Shown here: positions 52,406 to 60,914 of the stretch, piece by piece
How positions within the stretch are numbered: the first letter of the stretch is position 1
Layout: each line of letters begins with the position of its first letter
From: a virus
IMG/VR virus record: IMGVR_UViG_3300050505_000515
Direction: 5' to 3' (one strand)
DNA length: 64,000 nucleotides
Translations under genes and position numbers: made by a program
Notes under the pieces: generated by a model
What the model was told of the DNA's origin: nothing
The model's input: the letters and a program-made list of their open reading frames with translations, nothing else
Database searches by the model: none

Positions 52406-54003
52406 GGCGTCATCCCGACCACGGCCGCCTCGAAGTGCATGCCGTCGAGCCGGCCCTTGAAGTGGCCGCCCCAGTAGAAGCCGTGGGCGTTCGCGAGCGG
52501 GACGAGCTCGCGCACGCTGCCCTTCTGACCGGCGAGCGCGGGCCGCGCGCCGAGGGGGTTCTGGGGGGCGTTGATGTCGAACGCCGTGCCGAAGGCGTGG
52601 TTCGAGAGGGAGGTCGTGCTCCCCCGTATGAACCGCGGCGCGTAGCTCCCGGCCCAGGAGAGCACGAGCGGCATGAGCCCCGCCTCCTTCCAGGCGGCGA
52701 AGAGGGCGAGCACCTGGTCGGCGATGTCGCGGTGGAGCTGGATGCGCCCGGTCGAAGGCGCGCCCTGGATGCCGGCGAGCTCGGGCACGGTGACGGTGAC
52801 GAGGTGCTCGGCGGCCCAGCCGTTGGTGACCCGGATATGCTCCGGGTTGCCCGGCTGGGGATCGGCCACGTAGGTCATGGGGCCGAAGATCCGCTGCCGC
52901 TCGACGGTGCCGACGAGCGGAGGGAAGCTCGGCGGCGGGGGCCAGTCCGGGCCGGCGTGATCGGCCGGCGAGCCCGGGGGCTCCGCCGAGGGGCCGTCGA
53001 GGCCGAGCGCGGAGGCGACCACGCGCGTCGCGGCATCGACCACGCCGGTCTGCACGAGGCTGTGGCGGAGCTGAAACTCGCGCGTCGCTTCCTCGGTCGC
53101 AGGGCCGAAGCTCCCGTCTGCGCCGTACTTCAGCGGGACATCCTGGCCTACGAGGAAGAGCTGCCAGCGCGTGACGAGCGGGCCCTTGTCGCCGCGCTTG
53201 AGCCCGAGGACCGACTGCGGCGGAGACGGCGGAGGCGGAGTGGACCCAGGCGCCGGCGCCGCGCCGGTGTCCTTCGTCCACGGGATCCACCGCTTCCAGA
53301 CCTCGTCGTAGAGGTGGGCCTCGGTGATGTGCTCGTCGGCGCCCATGCCGGCGAACTCGATCACATGGAGGTTTCCGTACGCGAGCGCCTCGATGAAGCC
53401 GTGGTGGTCGAGCACGTCGGCCGAAGCGGTCGGGTCCGGGCCGAGCCGCTCGCCGAGCTCGGCCTCGACGTAGCGGACGATGGCCTCGACGCACTCCTTC
53501 GACGACGCGTACGAGGTGGAGATGCGCGAGTGGAGCAGCACCATGATGCGCTCGCCGCGCGCGGCCGCGAGCGCGTAGCGGCCGAGCGCCTGGAGGCTCG
53601 CGTCCCAGACCACCTGGCCGTCGCCGCGCTTCGCCCCTGCGGGCTTCGAGCCGTAGACGGCGTCGAGCAGGACGATGGCCTCGGGGAGGTCGTCACCAGC
53701 GACGCAGACATCCTTCGCGACCTGGCCGCCGGCGCTCCAGCAGGTGAGGCACCAGTTACGGAACCACTCCCCGGGTCCGCCGGCGCGGCCCGCGGCTCTC
53801 GCGATGTAGCCGAGCCAGCCCGCCGTGCCGCCGTAGTGGGGCAGGAGCGGCTTGTAGGCCGAGGTCCCGTTGCCCCAGAGCTCGACCGCGACCGAGTCGT
53901 CGGTCGTCTCCTTGACCTTCTGCTCGATGATGGAGGCGGCGATGTGGCAGTAGACGAAGAGGTCGGTGCCGCCCTTGCCCTTCCAGATCGTCGTCGTCGA
54001 CAC
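52402..54003 (-). CDS. endolysin: alpha/beta-hydrolase-like domain + PG-binding domain + M15 peptidase
   Basis: TCWSAGG; LKRGDKG..V..WQ..L...DG.FGPATE.A..FQ; SLSNHAFGTAFDIN, DGMHFE. Confidence 0.85.
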   Translation of the reverse strand: MSTTTIWKGKGGTDLFVYCHIAASIIEQKVKETTDDSVAVELWGNGTSAYKPLLPHYGGTAGWLGYIARAAGRAGGPGEWFRNWCLTCWSAGGQVAKDVCVAGDDLPEAIVLLDAVYGSKPAGAKRGDGQVVWDASLQALGRYALAAARGERIMVLLHSRISTSYASSKECVEAIVRYVEAELGERLGPDPTASADVLDHHGFIEALAYGNLHVIEFAGMGADEHITEAHLYDEVWKRWIPWTKDTGAAPAPGSTPPPPSPPQSVLGLKRGDKGPLVTRWQLFLVGQDVPLKYGADGSFGPATEEATREFQLRHSLVQTGVVDAATRVVASALGLDGPSAEPPGSPADHAGPDWPPPPSFPPLVGTVERQRIFGPMTYVADPQPGNPEHIRVTNGWAAEHLVTVTVPELAGIQGAPSTGRIQLHRDIADQVLALFAAWKEAGLMPLVLSWAGSYAPRFIRGSTTSLSNHAFGTAFDINAPQNPLGARPALAGQKGSVRELVPLANAHGFYWGGHFKGRLDGMHFEAAVVGMTP

Positions 54004-54011
54004 GTCGGGTC

Positions 54012-54107
54012 CTATCGCTTGCGGGTGAGCACGTAGCCGGCGAAGAAGGCGAGCGAGGCCGAGACCACGAGCAGGATCGTGGCGCCCCAGCTGACTTCAG
54101 GAGCCAT
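54012..54107 (-). CDS. 31-aa single-TM peptide (not in ORF track)
   Basis: MAPEVSWGATILLVVSASLAFFAGYVLTRKR. Confidence 0.5.
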   Translation of the reverse strand: MAPEVSWGATILLVVSASLAFFAGYVLTRKR

Positions 54108-54324
54108 CGTCCCCCACGAACTGCACCACCCCCCCAGGCAAGGTCACCTCGGTCCACCGGAGCTGGGTCGAGCCGATGGTGTTCTGGATGGCCTTCTTCG
54201 CGTCCCCCACCTGCGGGTAGGGGCCGAGGGACTGCAGGGGCTCCCCCGTCACCTTGGCCTCCAGCCACGCGACGTAAGGCTTCGAGCCGTTGCTCACCCG
54301 GGTGACGATGCCGACGGTCGCCAT
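54097..54324 (-). CDS. hypothetical protein
   Basis: TAGGAT 7 nt before ATG. Confidence 0.55.
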   Translation of the reverse strand: MATVGIVTRVSNGSKPYVAWLEAKVTGEPLQSLGPYPQVGDAKKAIQNTIGSTQLRWTEVTLPGGVVQFVGDDGS

Positions 54325-54357
54325 GCCCGAGATCCTATCCCGAGGCGGCCGGGCGGT

Positions 54358-54951
54358 CTAGGCGAGCCAGCGCCAGATGGCGCCGGCCCAGCCGGCGTAC
54401 CCGATCGCCGTAGGCAAAACCCCGTCTTGACCCCGGGGCAGGACGAGCGCGTCCGAGGGGAAGCACGCCGCTCCGAAGCGGCCGAGGACGGCGCGGAGGA
54501 CCTCGGTCTCGGCCCGAGGCTTCGGGGGCAGGACCCAGACGCTCGGGACCCCGGGCGGCCGCGCCGTGCGCAGGGTGCGCGCGATCGCGGCAAGGTCGGG
54601 CGAGATGTCGCGCTCGGTCGAGAGGTCGGAGAGGCCCAGGGAGACGACCGCGATCGTGGCCGGGAACGTCCCGAGGTGCTCGGCGAGCCAGGGCTCCTTC
54701 GCCCAGTCGGCGATGGTCGTGCCCGGGCGACCGCCACTGGCGAGCAGCACGCCCTCCTCCTGGGCGAGTTGGCGGAGCGCGGGGCCGAGCCCCTTGGCGG
54801 TCGCGTCCCCGACGACCAGCATCCGCGCGCCGCGGACGAGGCAGCCCTTGCCGCCGGTGGCGGGCTTCTTCGGCTCGGACGCGACCACGAGCCCGCTCGA
54901 CGACGCGAGGCCGAGGCCGCCCCAGATCCAGCTGCGTTTCCTCGGGTGCAT
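54358..54951 (-). CDS. SGNH/GDSL-fold protein with substituted catalytic residues
   Basis: VVGDA, GRPGTT, VSLGLSD, DGVLPT..GYAGWA; N-terminal hydrophobic segment. Confidence 0.65.
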   Translation of the reverse strand: MHPRKRSWIWGGLGLASSSGLVVASEPKKPATGGKGCLVRGARMLVVGDATAKGLGPALRQLAQEEGVLLASGGRPGTTIADWAKEPWLAEHLGTFPATIAVVSLGLSDLSTERDISPDLAAIARTLRTARPPGVPSVWVLPPKPRAETEVLRAVLGRFGAACFPSDALVLPRGQDGVLPTAIGYAGWAGAIWRWLA

Positions 54952-54976
54952 CGGCCTGCTACCCTCACGTTAGCAC

Positions 54977-55684
54977 ATGGCCACGCCTGCTCGCTGGACT
55001 TGGGAGACGACGGACACCGGGTTCGTGCTGGTGGACCAGGGCAGCGGCCCGAGCGCGATCGAGCTCCCAGGCCCCGACGCCTCCACCGTGCGGACGGAGA
55101 GCTGGCTCGACCTCGCGAAGCGGCACGCCGCGATGCATCAGATCCCGCTCTCCTGGGTGCTCGCCGTCATCTACTCCGAGAGCGGGGGCCAGCCCCAGGT
55201 GCGCAACTCCTGCTGCGCCGGGCTCATGGCGCTCTCGCTCGCGGTCTACAAGCTGACCGAGCAGGAAGCGTTCGACCCGGAGACCAACGTCCACCTCGGC
55301 GCCCAGACCCTCGGCGGCTACCGGGCGAAGGGCTGGCAGCTGCCGGAGACGGCGTCCATGTACAACGCCGGCCCGTCGAGCGTGACCGGAGGTCCGAAGG
55401 CGGCCGAGAGCGACCCCTGGGGCTTCGTCGAGAACCGCCCCGCCGTCCCCTGGACCGGCTACATCGAGAAGGTCGTGCGCGCCTCCAACTGGTGGCGCCG
55501 GCGCGAGCTCGCCGGCGAGCTCGGGGTCGTGACCCCGATCCCTCCGCCGCCGCCCTCTCCGGGGACGCCGCCTCCGCCCTACCTCGCCGGCGCGACCTCG
55601 GCGCCGGGAGGGCCGTTCGCGTGGATGCTCGGCGCCGTCGCCGGCTTCGCGATCGTGCGGCGCTGGCTCAAACGCAAGCCCTGA
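54977..55684 (+). CDS. lytic transglycosylase (SLT) with Pro linker and C-terminal TM
   Basis: AVIYSESGG, GLMA, FDPETN..LGA, MYNAG; FAWMLGAVAGFAIVRRWLKRK. Confidence 0.8.
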   Translation: MATPARWTWETTDTGFVLVDQGSGPSAIELPGPDASTVRTESWLDLAKRHAAMHQIPLSWVLAVIYSESGGQPQVRNSCCAGLMALSLAVYKLTEQEAFDPETNVHLGAQTLGGYRAKGWQLPETASMYNAGPSSVTGGPKAAESDPWGFVENRPAVPWTGYIEKVVRASNWWRRRELAGELGVVTPIPPPPPSPGTPPPPYLAGATSAPGGPFAWMLGAVAGFAIVRRWLKRKP

Positions 55685-55686
55685 GT

Positions 55687-55723
55687 GGTCACGGTTGACC
55701 GGCACGGCTGACCGTGCCACCGT
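55687..55723 (+). promoter_or_regulatory. putative promoter TTGACC-17-CACCGT overlapped by GGTCA-N4-TGACC
   Basis: same palindrome core as 19789 and 46798; ATG 6 nt downstream. Confidence 0.45.
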
Positions 55724-55729
55724 CGCCCT

Positions 55730-56119
55730 ATGTCGCTCGACCGGTTCGTGAGGTGGGAGGGGGAGGGGCCGACGCGCGAGGAGCTAGAGCTCGTGCTGGA
55801 GGACTACATCGGCGAGTCCGGCGTCGTGCGCTGGGACGAGAGATCGGGTCGGTTCTGGATCTCGTTCGCGACCCACGCCCCGGGCCACGGGCTGGCGGCG
55901 CACTCCGATGCCTACAGGCGCGCGGGTCTCGTCACCGGCGTCGTGAAGCAGGCGGCGATGCTCCGCTACCACGAGGGCGCGCGCTCGATCGAGGTCTACG
56001 TCGACAGGGACCACGTCGACGTCATCACCCGGATGGCGGACGACTTCACGAACGGGGTCGCCGCGCGGCTAGCCGAGGTCCTCGGCCGGCTGTTCGGCGG
56101 CCGGGTCGAGGCTGGCTGA
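55730..56119 (+). CDS. hypothetical protein
   Basis: typical codon usage. Confidence 0.55.
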   Translation: MSLDRFVRWEGEGPTREELELVLEDYIGESGVVRWDERSGRFWISFATHAPGHGLAAHSDAYRRAGLVTGVVKQAAMLRYHEGARSIEVYVDRDHVDVITRMADDFTNGVAARLAEVLGRLFGGRVEAG

Positions 56120-56477
56120 TCGGCTCGCACGGGCACGGCTTCGGTGGCTTGTGCTTCCGGAGCCACGCCCGGATGTAGCGGTCGCCAGCGCGCTCTGCCG
56201 CGATCGCGGTCCGGTACTTCTCGCCGATGACCTCGTGCGAGTGCTTCTCGAAGACGTCGCTCGGGCTCGTAGCCGAGGCCCGGTTCACGACCGCCGTCGC
56301 CGACCAGACCTTGGTCTTGAGCTTGGCGACGTGGATGGTGAGCGCGAGCGGGCCGCTCGTGACCGTCCGGATGTAGAGGTGGACGATGGTCCAGTCGAAG
56401 AGGCAGCTCTCGACGGTGCGCTTGACGTACGCGGTCAGGATGCGGCGCATCCGGGTGGACGGGTTCTCGCGCTTCAT
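56046..56477 (-). CDS. basic hypothetical protein
   Basis: TGATG coupling with def. Confidence 0.5.
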   Translation of the reverse strand: MKRENPSTRMRRILTAYVKRTVESCLFDWTIVHLYIRTVTSGPLALTIHVAKLKTKVWSATAVVNRASATSPSDVFEKHSHEVIGEKYRTAIAAERAGDRYIRAWLRKHKPPKPCPCEPISQPRPGRRTAGRGPRLAARRPRS

Positions 56478-57025
56478 CAGTGGTCGTCCTTGTGTCCGAT
56501 GCGGCGACCCATCTCCTCGTGCGAGATGAACGGCCCCTGGCGCCGGCGCTCAAGCTCCGCCTCCTGCTCCGGCGAGAGCGCGCCTGCGTGCATGTGCCGC
56601 TCGGTCATGAGCACCCCGTCGAGGTGATCGATCTCGTGCTGCACCGCGGCCGCGAAGATCCCCTTGCACTCCATCTGGAACCTCGCCCCCGAGATCCCGG
56701 AGGCCTCCACGATCACGCGTTCCGCGCGCGTCACCAGGCGCGTCACGCCCGGGATGGAGAGGCAGCCCTCCTCGTGCGCGGCACACCCCTCGGCGCGGAT
56801 GATGTCCGGGTCGATGAAGATGATCCCGGCGCCATTGGCGTCGAGCACGAAGATGCGTAGGCTCCGGCCGACCTGCGGAGCGGCGAGGCCGAGGCCTTCG
56901 GCCGCGCGCATGGTGTCCACCATGTCGTTGGCGAGCGCGGAGATCTCCGCCGTCACCGCGCCGACGGGGCGCGCCACCTCCCGGAGCACCGGGTCCGGTG
57001 CCGTCACGATCGTCAGCACCGCCAT
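56477..57025 (-). CDS. def: peptide deformylase
   Basis: GLGLAAPQVG, EGCLSIPG, QHEIDHLDG. Confidence 0.95.
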   Translation of the reverse strand: MAVLTIVTAPDPVLREVARPVGAVTAEISALANDMVDTMRAAEGLGLAAPQVGRSLRIFVLDANGAGIIFIDPDIIRAEGCAAHEEGCLSIPGVTRLVTRAERVIVEASGISGARFQMECKGIFAAAVQHEIDHLDGVLMTERHMHAGALSPEQEAELERRRQGPFISHEEMGRRIGHKDDH

Positions 57026-57164
57026 CGGTTCACCGAGGCCCTCCAGCCAACGACCTGTTCACCGTCGAGCCTCCAGCCCCACAACGAGAAGCAGTCCGCC
57101 TCCATCCCCACCTCGCACCCGGCCGCGTTACCACCCAACCTCCGTCCCACGGCGGCCGAGCCTA

Positions 57165-57344
57165 TCACGGGCACGTGCACTTCGGAGGCTTCTCCGGCGC
57201 GTGCAGGTAGAGGCCGTCCGGGGCGGGCTCGGCGCACCAGCAGCACGGCTGGTCGCCCACGATCTCTTCGTCGACGAGCTGGCGCAGATCCGAGTCGGCC
57301 GGGATCTCTCGGAGGCAGCTCTGGCAGATGGAGTGCGGGATCAC
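57165..57344 (-). CDS. 59-aa Cys-rich protein (not in ORF track)
   Basis: GTG overlaps upstream TGA; CQSC, CCWC, CTC. Confidence 0.5.
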   Translation of the reverse strand: MIPHSICQSCLREIPADSDLRQLVDEEIVGDQPCCWCAEPAPDGLYLHAPEKPPKCTCP

Positions 57345-57841
57345 CGCCGGCCCGCAGCTCTCGCCTCGATCTGACGCATGCGGCGCGCGGCCGGCACGCG
57401 GAAAAGCGCCGCCATGAACCAGCGGTTCGTGAGCGCGTTGGCCCGGCGGGCCTTGACGAGGCGGGCCGCCTCCGCGCCGGAGATCCCGGTCAGCATGTGG
57501 AGGGCCAGGGCGGAGACGAGGCCGCTCCTGTTACGGCCGGCCGCGCAGGTGACGAGCACGCGCTCGCCGCCGCGCACGCGCCGGGCCACGAGCTCGGCGG
57601 CCTGGACCGCCGTCTGCCACTGCTCGCGGGTGATCGGGGAGCCGTCGTCGTTGTTGGGGGCGTGCACGACCGTGACGCCGGGGAAGTCGACCGAGCCGGG
57701 CTGGATCTCCTGGGCGGCGAGCACGAGCGTGTCGAAGCCGCACTGCCGGAGGGCGTAGCCTCGGGGCGGCTCGCTCCCCTGGTAGAGCCCGGGGGCAATC
57801 TCGGAGGCGTCGACCTGGCAGTCCGGAGCGCGCGTAGCCAT
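57341..57841 (-). CDS. dual-specificity (PTP-superfamily) phosphatase
   Basis: LYQGS, DDG, VLVTCAAGRNRSG (CX5R). Confidence 0.85.
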   Translation of the reverse strand: MATRAPDCQVDASEIAPGLYQGSEPPRGYALRQCGFDTLVLAAQEIQPGSVDFPGVTVVHAPNNDDGSPITREQWQTAVQAAELVARRVRGGERVLVTCAAGRNRSGLVSALALHMLTGISGAEAARLVKARRANALTNRWFMAALFRVPAARRMRQIEARAAGRR

Positions 57842-57861
57842 AAGCGTTCACCCTACCAGAA

Positions 57862-58254
57862 TCAGTGCCGGCTGGGGAGAGACGGCGGAGGGCCCGCCTC
57901 GATCTCCTTCAGCATCTCGAAGAGGCGCCCGAGCTCCACGGGCTTCTTCATGTAGTACGGGGCCTGGAGCTCGGCCGCGATGATGTGGAGGTTAGACCCG
58001 GCCGAGAGCAGGATCACGGGGATGTCCCGCGTCGTCCGGTCCGCGAGCTGCACCGCGCGGAAGGCCCAGCCGTTCATGAGGGGCATCATCAGATCCAAGA
58101 GGATCACGCTCGGGCGGTAGCCGTTCTCCAGGTACCGGAGCGCGCTCCGGCCGTTCGAGGCGACGTCGACGATGTAGCCCTCGTCCCCGAGCGACTCCGC
58201 CAGGCTCGCCTGGATCTCGGGGTCGTCCTCGGCGAGCAGGATGCGCTTCGCCAC
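57862..58254 (-). CDS. single-domain response regulator receiver
   Basis: ILLAEDD, ILLDLMMP.MNG, LSA, KKP. Confidence 0.9.
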   Translation of the reverse strand: MAKRILLAEDDPEIQASLAESLGDEGYIVDVASNGRSALRYLENGYRPSVILLDLMMPLMNGWAFRAVQLADRTTRDIPVILLSAGSNLHIIAAELQAPYYMKKPVELGRLFEMLKEIEAGPPPSLPSRH

Positions 58255-58258
58255 CGTC

Positions 58259-58855
58259 CTACCCGAACCAGTGCTGCAGGAGGTCCACGAACTTCGACGC
58301 GGCGGCGCTGAGCACGGTGATGGCCGCGACCGCGCCGCCGGCGATCTTGGCCCAGTCGGCCTTCGAGCGCTTGTGCCGGAGCGCGATGGGGCGCTTGTCG
58401 ATGGGGGTGAAGCTGTCGACCTTCTTGTGCATGGACGCGACCTCGGCGAGGACCGAGCCGACCGCGGTCATCACCTCGTCGCGCAGGCCTCCGAAGGCCG
58501 TGGACGCGGCGATGAAGCTCTGGCTGGTCGTGACCGCGAGCTGCTCGGAGCTCTTCGCAAACGCCTCGACCGCGGTCTTCTGTTCGCGCACCTGGCGCTC
58601 GACCACGACGATGCGGTCGCGGCATTCGAGCCCGACCTTGTGGTTTCGATCGAGATCGTTCAAGACGTACTTGTTCTTGAGCATCAGCTCCATGACCAGG
58701 CCTTCGAGCTCGAAGTAGCCTTGCTCCTGGAGGCGCTTCATCTGCTCGGCCGTCATCTGCGCCGGCTGGCCCGAGACCGGTGGCTCGTCGTGCGAGGTCA
58801 CCAGCCGGGCGCGCGGGGGGTCGGTGCGCGGGTCGTCGTCTCTAGGCACTTCCAT
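58259..58855 (-). CDS. coiled-coil protein with C-terminal TM
   Basis: SD AAGGAG; IAGGAVAAITVLSAAA. Confidence 0.6.
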   Translation of the reverse strand: MEVPRDDDPRTDPPRARLVTSHDEPPVSGQPAQMTAEQMKRLQEQGYFELEGLVMELMLKNKYVLNDLDRNHKVGLECRDRIVVVERQVREQKTAVEAFAKSSEQLAVTTSQSFIAASTAFGGLRDEVMTAVGSVLAEVASMHKKVDSFTPIDKRPIALRHKRSKADWAKIAGGAVAAITVLSAAASKFVDLLQHWFG

Positions 58856-58869
58856 TTGCTCCTTGCTAC

Positions 58870-60126
58870 TCACGGCAGGATAGCCGTTTCCACCTGACCT
58901 GCCGCCCCCGCCTCCCCCACATGGCCTGCGCCCCCGTTCGTGCCAGTGCCCGTGCCGATGCCGCCCGAGCTCGCGGCCCCGGGCGTGCCGCCGTTTGCCT
59001 GGACGGTGACGCCTCCGCCGAGGCTCATGGTCTTGATGGCGACGAGGCCGCCGGAGCCGCCCCCGCCGCCCCCGCCGCCCCCGGCCCCGCCGCCGTTGGT
59101 CGGGTTGCCAGCCCCGCCGTTCGCTCCGTCGACTCCGGCCGACCCGTTCGCGCTGATTCGACCTGTGCCCGTGATCGTAGGCCCGGCGATGAAGAGGAAG
59201 CCGGCCGCGCTACCGCCCGCGCCGCCCGCTCCGCCAGTCGCTCCTGGGGGCCCGGGAGCTTGGGTGGTAGCTCCACCGCCCCCGCCCGACCCGCCGCTCC
59301 CGGGCGAAGCGACCACCACGCCCGTCGTGTTGTTGGAGATGAAGCCCGGCATCTGGAGCGGGTCCCACCTGATCTGGGCGTACTTCGTCTCGTTAAAGTT
59401 GGCGGTGCCTCCGGTCTGGGCGCCGGCGGTGCCGCCGCCACCGCCACCTGTGAGGCCGGGCGTGCCCGTGCCCGCGCCGCCGCCGCCCGCTCCGCCGCGG
59501 CCGCCCTGAAACTGCTGCGGCGGCCCGCCGACGAAGTTGTTCCCCGGGGCACCAGGTAGGCCCGAGCTCCCGTTGCTGCCGAGACCTCCGGTCGCGCCCG
59601 CCAGGGTCGTCACGGACGAGGGGAACTGACTCTGGTTGGCGAGCGTGACGGAGATGCCGATGCCGCCCGTCTGACCGTTGCCCACGCCGCCAGCGCCGCC
59701 GGCGCCACCCGCGATCAGGGCGTCGGCGTTGATGGAGGCTCCGCCGTCGATGGTGATGACCCCGGTCGCGCGGATGGAGAGGCCATTGCGCGCGGCCATA
59801 GGCGTAACGTCCCCGGTAGCGTGAAACGTCGTCGCCTGGTACTGCTCCTTCGTCGCCGCCCCGGTGCCGAGCGACACCGCGCTGTCCGCGCCGTCGCCGA
59901 AGAAGAACGTGCCCGCCGTCTCGGTGCCCGCGATGAGGTTATCGAGGTGGGTCTTGTCCGCCGCCGACTCGAATCCGGCCACGGACGTGGTGGCGACCGA
60001 GTGCTGGTTCGCGCCTCCGCGATTGCCATGCTGGGCATCGGTCGCGAGGATGTTGACACCCACGACCTCGGGGCTCGCGACCGCGAGCGACCCGTCCGGA
60101 TTGGCGCGGACCTGGGCGTAGCGCAT
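58870..60126 (-). CDS. Gly-rich fibre-like virion protein, paralog 1
   Basis: LATDAQHGNRGG, SAADK..LD, FGDG.D, IRAT..I.I.GGASINAD, GGAGG repeats. Confidence 0.75.
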   Translation of the reverse strand: MRYAQVRANPDGSLAVASPEVVGVNILATDAQHGNRGGANQHSVATTSVAGFESAADKTHLDNLIAGTETAGTFFFGDGADSAVSLGTGAATKEQYQATTFHATGDVTPMAARNGLSIRATGVITIDGGASINADALIAGGAGGAGGVGNGQTGGIGISVTLANQSQFPSSVTTLAGATGGLGSNGSSGLPGAPGNNFVGGPPQQFQGGRGGAGGGGAGTGTPGLTGGGGGGTAGAQTGGTANFNETKYAQIRWDPLQMPGFISNNTTGVVVASPGSGGSGGGGGATTQAPGPPGATGGAGGAGGSAAGFLFIAGPTITGTGRISANGSAGVDGANGGAGNPTNGGGAGGGGGGGGGSGGLVAIKTMSLGGGVTVQANGGTPGAASSGGIGTGTGTNGGAGHVGEAGAAGQVETAILP

Positions 60127-60131
60127 CGGAG

Positions 60132-60905
60132 CTAGCTCGGCTCCTCTTCGGCCGGCGCAGCGGGCTCACCCGAGGGCCCGAGCGGCGTCGGGGTCCCGGC
60201 GCTCGTCCAGTAGCTGTTGAGCTCGTGGGCCTCGTCGAAGATCTGGTGGTCGAGGAGCGTCACCGGGTTCTCTTCCCCGGGGACGACGTGCACGGCCACC
60301 ATGCGGAGGAGCCGGTCGCGCTGATCTCCTTCGTTGATCAAGTGCGGCGCCTTCGGCATCACGTCGGCTGCGTCTTTGTCGCAATGGCGACAGATCACGG
60401 CCGGGCCCTTCGGGCCGAGGTGCATACCCGGGATGTAGTCGCCCTCTTCGACCGTGCCGTCCGCGTGCTCGATCCGGAACTGCCCATCCTTCACCGTGAT
60501 GGTCGGCCCCGGCTGGCCGGAACCCTCGACGACGGGGAAGTCGTGCAGGCCCTCCGGATGGGCCTCGCACGGCGGGACCTCCGGTGCCGGCCCCATCGGC
60601 AGGTAATGCTCGTCGGTCTCGGTCGCGTACCACTCGTGCGCGCACTCCTCCGAGCAAAACCGCCACCAGCGCTGCGTGTTCACGCGCGCCTGCACGGCTC
60701 GGCCGTCCTCGTCCGCGGTGTGGCTACGGACGCTCGTCATGATCATGCGCCGGTAGCCGTTGACCGGCTCGGCGCAATGGTCGCAGAGCTCGGGCGGCGG
60801 CGGCTCCCCCCGCCCCTCGCGTGAAGCTCGGCTCAATAGGCCGAGCTGGCGCTGAAACTCCGCGAGCGCCTCGGCGCCTCTCAGGATCTTGGGATCGTCC
60901 GCCAT
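60132..60905 (-). CDS. hypothetical protein with CxxC motifs between fibre genes
   Basis: SD AGGAG; CDHC, CSEEC, CRHC. Confidence 0.6.
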   Translation of the reverse strand: MADDPKILRGAEALAEFQRQLGLLSRASREGRGEPPPPELCDHCAEPVNGYRRMIMTSVRSHTADEDGRAVQARVNTQRWWRFCSEECAHEWYATETDEHYLPMGPAPEVPPCEAHPEGLHDFPVVEGSGQPGPTITVKDGQFRIEHADGTVEEGDYIPGMHLGPKGPAVICRHCDKDAADVMPKAPHLINEGDQRDRLLRMVAVHVVPGEENPVTLLDHQIFDEAHELNSYWTSAGTPTPLGPSGEPAAPAEEEPS

Positions 60906-60914
60906 CGCCGTCTC

